Part shown: positions 1 to 12,595 of the stretch, in pieces
Layout of the letters: each line of letters starts with the position of its first letter
Numbering within the stretch: the stretch's first letter is position 1
NCBI RefSeq assembly: GCF_044704955.1
Contig: NC_091979.1
Span: 84,320,001-84,384,000, forward strand
DNA length: 64,000 bases
Direction: 5' to 3'
From: Pristiophorus japonicus
Taxonomy: Eukaryota
Position numbers and translations under genes: made by a program
The notes under the pieces: model-generated
Seen by the model: only the letters and a program-made list of their open reading frames with translations
Told to the model about the DNA's origin: nothing
The model's database searches: none

Positions 1-270
1 ACAGGCATGAGGAAAAGGGACACTGAGCCAAGAAAGCGGAGGTTAGGATGGGCGGCTGAAAGTTTTGTTGCAGAGATGGATTTCAAGAAGGTTTTTAAAG
101 GGAGAGGGGTAGAGGAGTTGGGGGAGGAATTCAAGAGAAAAGGGCATGGGTGACTGCAGTCTCTGTCACAAAGGTGGGGTGAAGGGAGGTGGGATTCACC
201 AAAGCTGGGGCCCAAGGAATGTAGTGCCCAACATTACAGAGGAGTTTAAACGCAGAGAGTGGGAAGGTCA
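1..270 (-). mobile_element. Old L2-type LINE 3' fragment
   Basis: Diverged match to the L2 3' end seen at 4223 and 47740 (gggagaggggtagaggagttgggggaggaattcaagag). Confidence 0.45.
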
Positions 271-1004
271 CCTGACTGACCAGAATTTCATCAGGATTCC
301 GCCCTGTGCTTTTAGCTCTAGCAGTTCCCGGTGGGGGAGGGCATGTGGGCAGATCTTCTGCAGCCCCCTCCCCCACCCCCACAACAAGGAGGCATGTCTG
401 GTGTACTATCCTGAGAATTCTGCCCAGTACACCAAAAAACCATAACGGAAATCTTGGCAGTTGATGTTCCAGAAAAGGCCCGAGAGGGAATTGATTACCT
501 TACATTTCCTACTTTTAGGTTCTGTTTAGGAGGTTGGGCTAGTAGGCATTTTGAATCTGCCACCTTTGGAAGGACTATAGGCACATCCTAGCAGAACAGC
601 CTTCGGCCACCCTATTGCTGACAGGCGTCAACGGTCCATTTTAACAATGCAGCAGAAACCATTCCCGCAATTTGGGATGGGGTTTATGGCTTCGAGCATG
701 GGTGTGCTTGTGGTCCGCTCTGTGACACTTTGCTGGCGGAGTGGTCCGATTGGAATTTTGGAGCTGTCATGTTCAGGACGAGGAGGACCAAAAAGGCTGA
801 AGGAGATTGCAGAACTGGGTGGGGTGAGATCACACAGAGATTTAAAGATGAGCACCAGAACTTCCACCCGCCGTCATCAGTCTGGGACCTACACCGTTTA
901 AAGGTCAGGCCTTATCTGAATGGAATTGGCAGGGTGCCCATGCAAGCACAGTGGTGATGGGCAGCCTGCTCAATTGCTCATTTAAAGCATGAATGCAAGG
1001 CCAG

Positions 1005-1410
1005 AATTTATTCTGGTTGTCCCTGAGAAGATGGTGGTAAGTCGTCTTCTTGAACTGCTGCAGTTTGTGTGGTGATGGTACTCCCATAATGCTGTTAGGT
1101 AGGCAGTTCAAGGATTTTGACCAAACGACGATGAAGGAATGGTGACATATGTTCAAGTTGGGATGGTGTGTGACTTGGAGAGGAACTTGGAGGTGTTGAT
1201 GGTCCCATGTACCCGCTACCCGTATCTTTCTAAGTGGTGGTGGTTGAGGGTTTGGGAGGTCCTGCTGAAGAAGTCATGGTGGATCGCCATCGTGCATCCT
1301 GTAGAAAATACTCCCTTCAGCCACAGTACACCGGTGGTGGAAGGGCCTGATGTTCAGACTAGTGCATGAAGTGCTAATTAAGCAGACTGCTTTGTCCTGG
1401 ATGCTTTCAG
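1005..1410 (-). mobile_element. Non-LTR retrotransposon (CR1/L2 group) 3' fragment
   Basis: Resembles a recalled abundant shark LINE 3' end (gaagatggtggtaagtcgtcttcttgaactgctgcag...). The minus-strand translation WSKSLNCLPNSIMGVPSPHKLQQFKKTTYHHLL is typical of a LINE ORF2 C-terminus. Confidence 0.6.
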
Positions 1411-1519
1411 TTTGACGGTAGAAAGTACAAATTTGTCAGGTAGAATGGATTGTTCTAAACCTTAGTGACAGATGGCCTAAAACTGTACAGAAATAGGTTG
1501 CAGGCAGAATTTCTCTGCA

Positions 1520-1741
1520 ACAAAAGCAAAATACTGCAGATGTTGGCATCTGAAATAAAAATAGAAAATGCTGGAAATATTCAGCAGGTCAGGCAGCATC
1601 CGTGGAGAGAGAAACATAGTTAACGTCTTAGGTCGATGACCATTCATCACTGTTCTGATGAAGGGTCATCGACCCGAGAGGGTTAACTCTGTTTCTCTCT
1701 CCACAGATGCTGCCTGACCTGCTGAGTGTTTCCAGCATTTT
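1520..1741. mobile_element. Palindromic Penelope-like (PLE) terminal-repeat-derived element
   Basis: Inverted arms (aaatgctggaaatattcagcaggtcaggcagcatccgtggagagagaaac / gtttctctctccacagatgctgcctgacctgctgagtgtttccagcattt) centred near 1652. Flanked by a 15-bp direct repeat CAGAATTTCTCTGCA (1505-1519, 1742-1756). Confidence 0.75.
1655..1687 (+). ncRNA. Degenerate minimal hammerhead ribozyme core (PLE-type)
   Basis: CTGATGA-A-GGGTC-ATC-GACCC-GAGA-GGGTTAAC: CUGAUGA box and 5-bp stem II are present, but the GAAA box is mutated to GAGA. A second degenerate copy lies on the minus strand at 1619-1650. Confidence 0.5.
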
Positions 1742-4222
1742 CAGAATTTCTCTGCACCTGTTTTTGCTCCACAATTCTTTCACAAAAAAAGTAACCATAT
1801 TTATATCTGACACATTCAGAAACTAGACTGCATGATGTTTTATTAGGCTGAAAGCAAAAATTTAAATAAATAAATTGTACTTCAAAAAAATATAAAATGT
1901 GAAGAGAATAGTCCAGTGTCTAATCTTGGAGATTAAGGAGAGAACATTGCTAAACAGTTTCCATTATTTTAGTCAAATACAGCTGTTCCAAACTAGTAAG
2001 GAAAATGTGTGATACAGTGCGATGGCACTCTGATGGTTTCTCCCGTTCACAGGAGTTCACAGTAGCAAGTGAAACTGTCATAAATTATGAAATATGGCTT
2101 CTGTGATTTATCAGTATAAAAATCCCAGTGTGGTATTAAAGGGTGCTTTGCTCCAGATTAAGTTTAGAAATTATTTTATCCCAGTATGGGGTGTCCATTT
2201 CAACTTTCTAGTTCATGCTTCAACTGTTACCTCAGATGTCATAGAGCATAGAGAAATTGAAAGGAGACAGTGGTAATGGGGAGCAACATCACACTGGATA
2301 CAGTTCAGAAAATATTGATTTACAGAGATTATGGAGATAGATCTAAATAAAGGATCACCGAGGATATATAGTAAAAATGTAATTTTTTTTCAAACAAAGA
2401 TTAGAAATGTAAGAATTCTCATCATGTCACCAAGCGTTGTCTGGTGATCTAATGATTCTTTCCTCTTAGTTTATACTGTATGATCACACTTGCCCTAGAT
2501 GTTTATGTTACAACAATGGCAACTTATATTTTACAACTTACATTTTACAACTTTAATGTAGAAAAACATTCCAACAACACTTTACAGGAGCGTAATGAGA
2601 CAAATATTGTTTGCGATTTAGCTACTGTAGTAAAATCGGATTCTCTGTACAGGTATTTTATGTGTTAAGTCAGTATGATTATGGACCTTGCTGGTAAATG
2701 GGCGGTACTGGGGTTTTCCAGAGAAGCTCAGAAAGGTGAATAAAAATACACCTAAAATTAAAGTAGAAAATTTAACATATTCCATTGGCATTCAATGGAA
2801 AGTTACAAGGATGGAAATAAGAGATACAAATCATAAATCTTCTGGGCCAGTTATAACTGGAAATAATATGGATGTGTGTTTTTTTTAATGAATCCACAAT
2901 GCCAAAATGTTTGCACAAAACAAGGCGGCACACATTATCCATTTGTTTCCAGAGTTGGTGTTGAACCAAGCACAATCTTTTCGGCAGTCTCCTCTCTCTG
3001 ATCTGATGGCTCTAATGGTTCTCACTAAGATCAGTCAGTCTGTGCAACTTTAATCCTGTTCCTGGAGAATGAATGGGTGCCAAAAGTTAAAAAGGTGGTC
3101 CAATTCTCATCATTGACTTCCCTTCTTCAACATAAAATTCAGCACAAAAGAAAGATTTTGCCCTTGGTTACAGTTCTCCTGCTAGTAATTTGAAATGTGA
3201 TGCATGCTGTACTGCTCCAAAGGGATGATCGGGAGCTACAGCAATTATGGTAATAGGTTAGACCAATTATAGTCATTGCCATAAGGGATATAAGTAAGGA
3301 GGCATAAATAAAATCTACCGCAATATTTGTACACACGGATTTCTATGAATTTAAATAAAAGCTGTCTTATTAATACTGAAATTTACAGTATGTCTTTTTG
3401 GCACTGTTGATGCTGGAACTGATAATATGGAAATTCCACCACTATCTGCCAATTCAAACTAAAATGATATAACTTAAAATATAGATTTTTAAAAATTAAT
3501 TTTAAGAGCAGCATAATTCATATTGTCCTCTCTCGTGTCACCATTTTGCATGTTAGTGCCTTGGGCCATCTGCCTGAGACTTGCGTCCCCCACTCCCAGG
3601 TTCATAGTGCAGTAAGAAGCGCAATAGATTCATTGGATTTTAATTATACATGTAGCACACTCATTGGAAAATAAGGGTATAAACAAAAAAACTAATTATC
3701 CCAGTCATCGGTCAAGTTAATCTAAAGGGAAGCAGGATTGAGATAATATAAGTTTATATTTAATACTGTTTTGAACTGTACTGGGTTAATATAAGTACAT
3801 AATAAATTAAAGGTTGACGGTCATTTTTTTTAAAAATGAGGCATACTGCTTGTTTTAATATTGTCCAGATTTCTCCCATTGTATGTGTATAAATTGTCAA
3901 GAATGATTCCTTTCTTGCTATGTATAACTGTTTAATTGGCCAAGGGGGGAAAGAAGCAGAGTTGTTTATTATTGTATCCTGGTTGTTGCAGACAGTTCTT
4001 GCCACATATCATTTAAAGCAGTGGACTTCAATTTTCGTTTCATCCATAAACAATTGAGCCAAGCTGCATTCCTTCATTATACAAAATACTGAAAATCTAT
4101 GCTCAGGAGGGCACTATCTTACAGTTTGGGATATATTTTTCACAGTGATATTGTCATTTATTTGCTGACAACACTCACATTTCAGAACGTATGAAGGATT
4201 TTCGTAAAAGATTTGACACAAT

Positions 4223-4440
4223 GACAACTTGCATTTATATAGTGCTTTTAACATAGTAAAAACGTCCCAAGGTGCTTTACAGGAGTGTTATCAAACAATA
4301 TTTTGACACCGAGCCACATAAAGAGATATTAGGAAAGGTGACCAAAAGTCTGGTCAAAGAGGTAGGTTTTAAGGAGCGACTTATAGGAGAGAGGTAGACA
4401 GGCGAAACGTTTAAGGGAGGGATTTCCTGACTTTAGACAA
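4223..4440 (-). mobile_element. L2 LINE 3' end
   Basis: acaacttgcatttatatagtgcttttaacatagtaaa... Same family as 47740-47960 and 57740-58210. Confidence 0.75.
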
Positions 4441-5024
4441 TACAACTGTCAAGAATAAGACATATATAGGGCTGCTAATGTTGCTGTTGGCCTGCAGTGA
4501 ATCATGTACCGGCCTCTTGGCAATTAGTGTCTGACGCAATGGCATTGCCTTGGGGATCAGGGTTGGAATGTTGAACATTGCAAACCAGCAGTTAGTGAAA
4601 GGTTTATGAGTATTCTTAAAGCTGACTTTCTTTTTTTAAACAGATTTTTCTACAGGTTGAGGCACAACATCCTCTTTGAAAGATTGATCCTAGGAGATTA
4701 AGCATAGTGAGGTATGGATCTATTAGATGGAGGGAGGCACCCAGAAGCAAACTTTATGTTTCATGTTAGGTGTTCCCTAAAGTACTCATTGCAGCATATT
4801 AATTAAATTAGAACAGGGATCATAGTTGATGCAAAGCTTCTAGTACACTTCCCAATCACTTTTCCCTGCACCCCTCACATCACGCACAGAATAGACCTCA
4901 AGACGTTTGATGTGCTTTGAAATTTATTGATTCCGGAATGTCTCTCCAGTGCACAAAACTATGGAAGCATGGAAGAACTCATCCATTAATCTCAGTAGAA
5001 CCAAAAATAGGATTGTTGCATGAT

Positions 5025-5250
5025 TATCACAGAAGCTTACAGCAGAGTAAGAGATCATTTGGCCCATCGTGTCTGTGCCAGCCCTTTGCTGGACAAATCC
5101 ATAACTAAACCCACTGCCCCACACTCTGCTCATAACCTGTATCTTCCTCTACTTCAAATACTTACCAGTTTTCTCTTAAAAGATGCAAAGGGTTTTCATT
5201 CGCCCACTACCGGTGGAAAAGCATTCCAAGCTCCAACAGCCCTCTAGGTA
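5025..5250 (-). mobile_element. Old CR1 LINE 3' tail
   Basis: gatcatttggcccatcgtgtctgtgccagcc...gcattccaagctccaacagccctct, a diverged reverse-complemented CR1 3' end. Confidence 0.5.
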
Positions 5251-5964
5251 TAGAAGCCTCACAGGGTCCTGAGCTTCAATTTCCCTTCACTGGCAGGCTG
5301 CCAGGGTACACCTATTAGGAATCTGCAGCTCGCTGGCTCAATGAGGTCTGAGGCACAATATCACATGGTCATCACCACTGGGGCGTGGGGATTTTTGGAT
5401 GCTCTTGACTTTCTAGGCATATGCTTCCTATGCCCAAGTCCAAATTATCTAATTATACCAAGAACAAAAGTGGACTCAGCATTCACCTCGAGGATATACC
5501 ATGTCAAAACCATCTCCAGTCTGAGTAACATCCTTTTAGCCTAACTCTTTGGTAATTTTAAAACTGGCAAATGTCTCGTTCCATTCCTGCTGTCTCTATT
5601 TTAACGTGCTCTTTTTATGCCAGATGCTGAATTTTTCTAACAAGTCCTAGTAAGACACCTTATAAAGCATCCTCTAAAAATCTACATTCCACCTCTCTTT
5701 TCATTATAATCTTAACTTTTTGCTGTTGTGATAACAATTATTTTTGTAATGCTTATTGAATCCAAAGAATATGAGAAAAATAAGGCCTTGCAGTCCATAT
5801 AGGCCATTTATTCCAATTGATTATGTCTATTGTGCACTATCCTGGATTCTACCCAAGTTATTTAATCTCCTGAGGGAAATGAATAACCACAGACAAAATT
5901 TCCAAGTTGACAAAATTATTTCAAATATCTCCCTATCTTGCTAAAGGAATAAAACAAAACTCCA

Positions 5965-6445
5965 GGATACATCCTGTGATGAGAGAGTTGTCATATGAGG
6001 AGAGCTTGAGCAGATTGGGCCCATATTTTCTGGAGTTTAGAAGACTGAGAGGTGATGTCATTGAAACATACAAGATTCTGAGGGGGGTTGACAGAGTAGA
6101 TGCTGAAAGGTTGTTTCCCCTGGCTGGAGAGTCTAGAACTAGGGGACATAGTCTCATGATAAGAGGTCAGCCTTTTAAGACTAAGATGAAGAGGAATTTC
6201 TTCACTCAGTGGGTTGTGAATCTTTGGAATTCTCTACCCCAAAGGACTGTGAATGCTGAATCACTGAGTATATTCAAGACTGAGATAGATTTCTGGACTC
6301 ATGGGGTATGAAGGGATATGGAGATTCGGCGGGAAAGTAGAGTTGAGGTCGAAGATCAGCCATGATCTTACTGAATGGTGGAGCAGGCTTGAGGGGCCAC
6401 ATGGCCTATTCCTGCTCCTAATTCTTATATTCATTTGTTCTTATA
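5965..6445 (+). mobile_element. CR1 (HER1-like) LINE 3' fragment
   Basis: ORF2 C-terminus LSYEESLSRLGPYFLEFRRLRGDVIETYKIL...TRGHSL...RNFFTQWVVNLWNSLP, followed by a 3' UTR ending cctgctcctaattcttat...gttcttat. Confidence 0.9.
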
Positions 6446-6557
6446 TCAATCGAACATTACAAAATATACTTTTTAAACAGCAGTATTCAATGACATTTTC
6501 AACAATAAAGTGTACCAGAGAAAGGACATTTCCTGAGATGGCCAGGTGGAAGCAATG

Positions 6558-6728
6558 TGGTAATTTTGATTTTGGGGGAATAGCGTAAAATAGATTATAT
6601 CAATCAGCCACCCGTTATACATCTCTCCTCATTAAGTCAACAGAAATGAAAATCAGGAGGGATGTATAATGGCTGGCTGATCCAATATTGCCCATTTTAT
6701 ACTCTCCCTTGAAGTCAAAATTACACCC
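6558..6728. mobile_element. Palindromic MITE
   Basis: Terminal ggtaattttgat / gtcaaaattacacc and internal arms atcagccacccgttatacatctctcct / aggagggatgtataatggctggctgat. A related copy is at 58216-58350. Confidence 0.65.
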
Positions 6729-7009
6729 AATGTTACTGTCAAAGGTCAACAGGAAATAGGAATCTTGAGATAAGTGTTATTCAAGCGGAAAATCAGCCAC
6801 TGAGCAGAGTGTGTCCAGAAAACACACCATTTGTCTGTCACCATGCACATGGGGAGTCAAAACCAAATATAGTCTTCAGATAAAGGAGGGTTAGACGGTG
6901 AGGGTTAATTGGACACCCAGACATAATTGAATCTCCAATTTGAAGTCATGTTCTGTCCTTATTTTCATATTTCCATTATGAATTTCTATGACAGCATTTA
7001 GGTCTGAGA

Positions 7010-7355
7010 CTTGGCTTACTGGTAGCACTTTTGCCTCCGAGTCAGAAGATCATTGGTTCAGGACCCACTCCAGAGATTTGAGCACATAATCTAGGTTGGC
7101 ACATCAGTACATCATTGTACTGCATTGTTGGAAGTGCCATCTTTTGTATTAGCCCTGTCTGCTCATTCAGACGGAGTAAATTATCCCATGGCATTCTTCA
7201 AAGTAGAGCAAGGCAGTTCTCTTGGTCTCATGGCCAACATTCATCCCTAAACCAACATCACTAACTCAGATTATCTGGCCATTTATTCCATTGGTGTTTG
7301 TGATACCGTGCTGTACACAAAATGGCTGATGTGTTTCCCTACATTACAAAAGTGC
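7010..7355 (+). mobile_element. tRNA-headed DeuSINE (SacSINE1-like)
   Basis: Pol III A/B-box-like head (tggtagcacttttgcctccgagtcagaag...ggttc), then a Deu-like body tcccatggcattcttcaaagtagagcaagg...ggccaacattcatccc...aaaatggctg...cctacattacaa. Confidence 0.75.
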
Positions 7356-7857
7356 CTATATAAACTTGTCATACATAATTACACCCTTCCAGCAGTGTTG
7401 GCACTGCAGTGCTACTATTTGATGAACTGCTAGATATTTTCTTTAGGTTCTAACAGTTTCAATATGCTGATTTCCTCATTCATTTCTATGGCAAGAAGTT
7501 CCAGTTATGACCATACACCAGAAATGGCGATCACCTGAATCCCTGCATCCTGTATATAAATTGTGACATTATTAACTGTTTAATAAAGCTTGCTATTATT
7601 ATATTGCAATTCATTGTCCTATGTTTACTCATCTTAAAATCAATTGCTTTAAAATAAATTCAAAATGCTCTCAGTGGTGTGCTGCTGAGCCATACAGACC
7701 AGGAAGGATGAACGTTTATGGCCATTGTTTTGTGTTGAGTTATTTTAGCTCAGCTAAGACAACGATGGGACCACTACAAGTGACGGCAGTGTCCCCAGGC
7801 TAATGATGGAAAAATATGCCAAGGTTCTCATTCTTGATCACTATCCTGTAACTCATA

Positions 7858-9098
7858 AAGGTGCAGCATCGAGAATCTGTATCTTTTGGGACCGAGGCCA
7901 TGCCGGATTCCAGGCTTTTCCGGACTTTCGATCGTCTTTCTGACATCACGAATCCGGAAACAGTCGAGCCCAGGTTCAGGTATTTCCGGATTTTGGAACG
8001 TCAGAAAGGTGGGGGGGTGGGTTCCCCCCACCGAGGAGCTGTTTGTGCGGGCCCCGCCGAGGAGGAGGTGTTTGGGTGGGGCCCCACCAAGGAGCTGTTC
8101 AGGCCGGCCGGTCCCGTCACGGAGGTGGTGTTTGGGCAGATCGACAGCAAGGCCCCGAGGTATGGGCAGCGGCGGGGCGAGGCGAGTGGCGGTGAGGCAA
8201 GGCCTGAGGTTGGGCAGCGGCTGGGCCCCGAGGTGTGGACAGCGGCAGGGCAAGGCGAGCGGCGGTGAGGCGAGGCCTGAGGTTGGGCAGCGGCTGGGCC
8301 CCGAGATATGGACAGCGGCGGGGCAAGGCGAGCGGTGGTGAGGCGAGGCCTGAGGTTGGGCAGCGGCTGGGCCCCGAGATATGGACAGCGGCAGGGCAAG
8401 GCGAGTGGCGGTGAGGCGAGGCCTGAGGTCAGGCAAGGCCTGAGGTCAGGCAGCGGTGAGGCCCCGAGATATGGGCAGCGGCGGGGCAAGGCGAGCGGCG
8501 GTGAGGCGAGGCCTGAGGTCAGGCAAGGCCTGAGGTCAGGCCCCGAGGTGTGGACAGCGGCAGGGGCAAGGCTAGTGGCGGTGAGGCGAGGCCTGAGGTC
8601 AGGCAGCGGTGAGGCCCCGAGGTGTGGACAGCGGCAGGGGCAAGGCGAGTGGCGGTGAGGCGAGGCCTGAGGTCAGGCAAGGCCTGAGGTTGGGCAGCGG
8701 CTGGGCCCCGAGGTGTGGACAGCGGCAGGGGCAAGGCGAGTGGCGGTGAGGCAAGGCCTGAGGTCAGGCAGCGGTGAGGCCCCGAGATATGGACAGCGGC
8801 GGGGCGAGGCGAGCGGCGGTGAGGCGAGGCCTGAGGTTGGGCAGCGGCAGGGGCAAGGCGAGTGGCGGTGAGGCGAGGCCTGAGGTCAGGCAGCGGTGAG
8901 GCCCCGAGGTGTGGACAGCGGCAGGGGCAAGGCGAGTGGCGGTGAGGCAAGGCCTGAGGTCGGGCAGCGGCGGGGCCCCGAGATCAGGAGGGTTTGCCGG
9001 GTCCGGATTTCGGAACATTTTACGGATTCCAGACGACCCTGCCACCGATCGGTCCGGAGTCTGGATTCCCGAACTTCGGATTTTCGACGCTGCACCTG
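7858..9098. mobile_element. Tc1/mariner-superfamily (Tigger/pogo-like) MITE with expanded minisatellite
   Basis: TA|aaggtgcagcatcgagaatc ... gattttcgacgctgcacctg|TA. Same family as the 412-bp copy at 41661-42072. Confidence 0.85.
8150..8985. repeat. GC-rich minisatellite, base unit about 73 bp (roughly 11 variant units)
   Basis: gggccccgag recurs at 8223, 8296 and 8369. Later units carry an internal ggcctgaggtcaggcaa duplication. Confidence 0.95.
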
Positions 9099-9677
9099 TA
9101 CTACAAATTATGAGTGTGTCAACATTCGATAAGGACAGAATTGGGTACAGCAACAATGCTTCCGTCCCCCATGTTGAATAGCCCACCAACACCCATTGTT
9201 AAGACTCCAGGATGTAGAATGACCAGTTGGGTGAGGTACCAGAGAGTGTCTAATGGCTGCGGTAGAGTGTGTGCTTTCAGAAGAAGAGGTGAGAAAGTAA
9301 TAAATTATGGCTATATAAAATATTTTGGGTCAATTAGTGCAATATGAATCCTGTTAAAAGCAAGTCGCTTTGCTGGAAAATCTTACTTTTCTTAAAGAGG
9401 ACGAGATTGTAGGTTTTTATTTAGAAATTACTCTTTTGAATTCTGTCCTCTTGGCAGACCTTATTGAACTGTTTAACTAATGTAACATGAGTCTGATCGT
9501 GGCTTTGAAATTATGCCGAGGGAAAATAGTGTGTAAATGTCTTGTGCCTTTGTCTGAAATTGTTTTATCTATTATTTAAGTGGTGATGTTAACTTATTTA
9601 AAAACAGTGGTAAAACAGTGAAGCAATTTCAGACAAAAATGCCATGTTTGTATCTCATAGAATAATTTATACCCTAA

Positions 9678-11110
9678 GGTCCAGAAATAGGACTGCGAAA
9701 AATGCCACTCTAGTGCCCTTCTCTGGCGTGGGACTGGGCGGCCACTATTTTGATGAAGGCCTTAGTGCTGCCACTCTAGTGCCCTTCACTGGCATGGGAA
9801 TAGGCGGCTGCCATTTTGGTGAGTGCCTTAGCGCTGCCAAAAGGAACGCTCACCCTAGAGATGTAAATGAAGAGAACGTGACGTCAGTCAACATGCAACA
9901 CCGACTTAACGTCATGCTCTGCGAACTTCGACCGGTCCTAAGCTTGCTCTGAGAAGATAGAAAATGCTGGAAATACTTAGCAGGTCAGGCAACATCCGTG
10001 GAGCGAGAAGCAGAGTTCACATCTCAGGTCAGGATACTGCCTGACCTGCTGAATATTTCCAGCATTTTATGCTTTTATTTGAGATATACACCATCCACTC
10101 GCAGAGGGAAGAGGAAGACGCAGAAGAGGAGGAAGCAGAAGGAAGGATGCAAACCAGACAGCCACTTTCTGGCTGAGATATCCGGGATAGAATCATCCGC
10201 CTGGGGTACCAGTGACCACAACCCCAATTCCCCCACCATTTGTCCCACACCTTACCTTCCTTCTGTTACTGACCATTACAGCGTCCCCTTGGCCTCAATG
10301 CTGAAATAAAAGCCACCACAAAGCAAACTTTCCAGTCCAACTTTATACATCTATCCATCCAATATGACATAAAAAAAATCAACTAATCAACCGTATGCAT
10401 TCCCTTAGTGACTATCTTATATGTGCCTTTGCCTATCCTTCTTCTTCTTGGTCACCCATTGGTTGGGCAGGCTGCATTTCCTGGCTGTGTAAAATGAGGA
10501 AGGCATAAGGATGGAGTTGTGGTGAGGGGAGGGCTCAACCATGCCCCTGCCTAGAATAGCCAGCACCATGTCCTCTCAGGGGGGTGAGGTGAAACTAGAA
10601 ATGGGAGATGTGCCTCATGTTTGGCACAGATTGTTGGTACCCCTGTGGGTAGAGAGCCTCTCTTCCAGTGTTGACCCCCTGCACAAAGCTGAAGTGCTGC
10701 TTGTGCGACCTGGGATGCTCCTTCCCTGGCTTGCTGAGTCAGTTGTGTTAGTGCTGAAGCACTTTTCCCATTTTGTTTAGGTGCAGAAGGGAATTCAGCT
10801 TTAAGAGCTGAAGACTCCCACTTGGGAATTAATTTTAATATTAATTTTTTTTTAGAAGGCAGTTGAGCTGTAACAGCTAAAAACTGCCTAGTTTACATGA
10901 TTTTTATTTTTTTAATTTCAGAAGAGACTTTTAAGAGTCCGAAACTGCTTTCTGAAATGACAGTCTTGGGGCCTCCTGCCGGGATGAATGCCACCAGGAC
11001 GGCGTTGCACCGTGATTTTAGCACCGGGCTAAAGTTTACCGGTCCTGTCAGTGACATCATTTTTGGCAGCCATTAACCAGCAGGTTTTTAGCGTTGTCGA
11101 ATTTTTACCC
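9678..11110. mobile_element. Putative PIF/Harbinger-like non-autonomous element
   Basis: TAA|ggtccagaaat ... gaatttttaccc|TAA. Degenerate TIRs, GC-rich subterminal regions and a 3-bp TAA duplication. Confidence 0.5.
9955..10085. mobile_element. Second palindromic Penelope-derived element
   Basis: aaaatgctggaaatacttagcaggtcaggca ... tgcctgacctgctgaatatttccagcatttt. Same family as 1520-1741, with the central part missing. Confidence 0.75.
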
Positions 11111-12595
11111 TAAATTTTTATATAAAGTCAGTGGACAAAAATAGCAAAAATAAAATCAGTTTACCAGGTTATTTGCAAACCTTTTCTTCAAAGGTTTGCA
11201 TCCACCCCCTTTTAAAAACATACAAAGTTCATTCAAAATCTGTATCAATTAGAACACTGTTATGAAAAGTGAAATGAATTAAATTACCTCAGATAAAATT
11301 AATTAATGTACACAGCACTTAAAATGGTTGTTCAATCTTTAAATATCCTTGAAAAAGAAACTGATAGGCATCTGTCTTCTCCAGCTCACATATAGGACAA
11401 ATAAACCACACTGTTTCACGTAGAAAAAAAAATTATACCGGAGGCCAAAAAAAAATTGAGAAGCATTTAATTTGTTTACTTGTAGAATTTGCAGCCAATG
11501 TATGTCCAAATCACTGTAATTCTGAAAACAACATGGCACACGTACACAAGCTTTCATTATATCAACAGGACACATATGGTAAATCATATGGGAACAAATG
11601 GACAAAATATATGCAAATCAACATTCCAATTAAACAGCAGGGAGCAGAACCATTAGATCTGGTACTGTGTGTGCAACACTACAGCTAATACTCAACAGAT
11701 TTTAGTCCAGAAAAAACAATATTGTATAGAACTTTAAACAGTATTAAAAAAAAACAAAAGCAATACAAGTCAGAGAAAGATGATGAAGATGTGAAAGATT
11801 TGTTCAGGGGTTCAATACCCAAGGACAACAACCTTCAACACAATTAAGGCATCGTCTGAAGTCAAAATAGAAGCTCATCAAATTACCCTGCCTGTATCAG
11901 ACTGGCTTGCCAATTCAATGCATTGCAATTCATTGTATTTTTCTTTAACTTTTACAGTCTGAATACAGCAGTACGATTACAATGGCTTCACATCAAACAC
12001 AAATGACCCCCAGTTGTCAATGAATGAACCAGTGGCCTTCCTAAAAAGAGAACAGAAATTGTCCAATACAGAATTATCTCTTTTGATAGATGCAGCAAAT
12101 GATGTTTAATCTTAAAATGGTTCCAGGAATGTGCTGATGGCAAAGATGACTCACCCACATGCTAGAATGATAATTATGCTCTCGGGCTCCATCTCACAAT
12201 TTTCTACTTCAGAACCACAGAGAGATTCAGAAGATACTGAATATCTCAACACAAATTAGTAATGTAATGTAGCTATTTAGGGTAGCTATCTGCAGCATAA
12301 CCGTATCATGAAAGGAAATAACAGAAAGCAGTGTGCCAAGAAATTCTTGGGTTCCTGTTGTGGTGGGTAAGTGTCATGGGGCCAGACTTATGCCTGCCAA
12401 AATCAAAGGAGGCTGACCCTTTCAGAACTTTCATGGTTAGTTAATTTAAATAATTCTGGCAGGACATGTGAGAGAATCCCAACAGCAGGAATCCAAATAC
12501 ATCTGGATGGGATGGAAGAGGTGAAACATTAAGGAAGTGGGAAACATCCATACTGAAAGCCTTGTGTGCAGTTAAACAACTGAGCTGGGTCTTGA

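Larger units (their letters stand above)
7660..9260 (+). mobile_element. Ancient AmnSINE2-like SINE, split by a MITE (pieces about 7660-7857 and 9101-9260)
   Basis: ctgagccatacagaccaggaagg ... gatcactatcc before the MITE, and aggacagaattggg ... gttgaatagcccaccaacacccattg ... gaatgaccagttgggtgaggtacc after it. The order is collinear with the AmnSINE2 consensus as I recall it. Confidence 0.6.

Noticed and set aside
7010-7075. tRNA gene
   Set aside because: Degenerate tRNA-like head that continues into a SINE body; no complete cloverleaf.
8150-8985. Possible CRISPR-like repeat array
   Set aside because: Units are tandem without unique spacers, there are no cas genes, and the context is eukaryotic.
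7828-9192. Many overlapping 100-200 aa ORFs
   Set aside because: Produced by a stop-poor GC-rich minisatellite; the peptides are repetitive in all frames.
12148-12192. Minus-strand ATG...GG|GTGAGT mini-exon (MEPESIIIILACG)
   Set aside because: Strong donor but only 38 nt, with no partner exon or homology; expected by chance in 64 kb.
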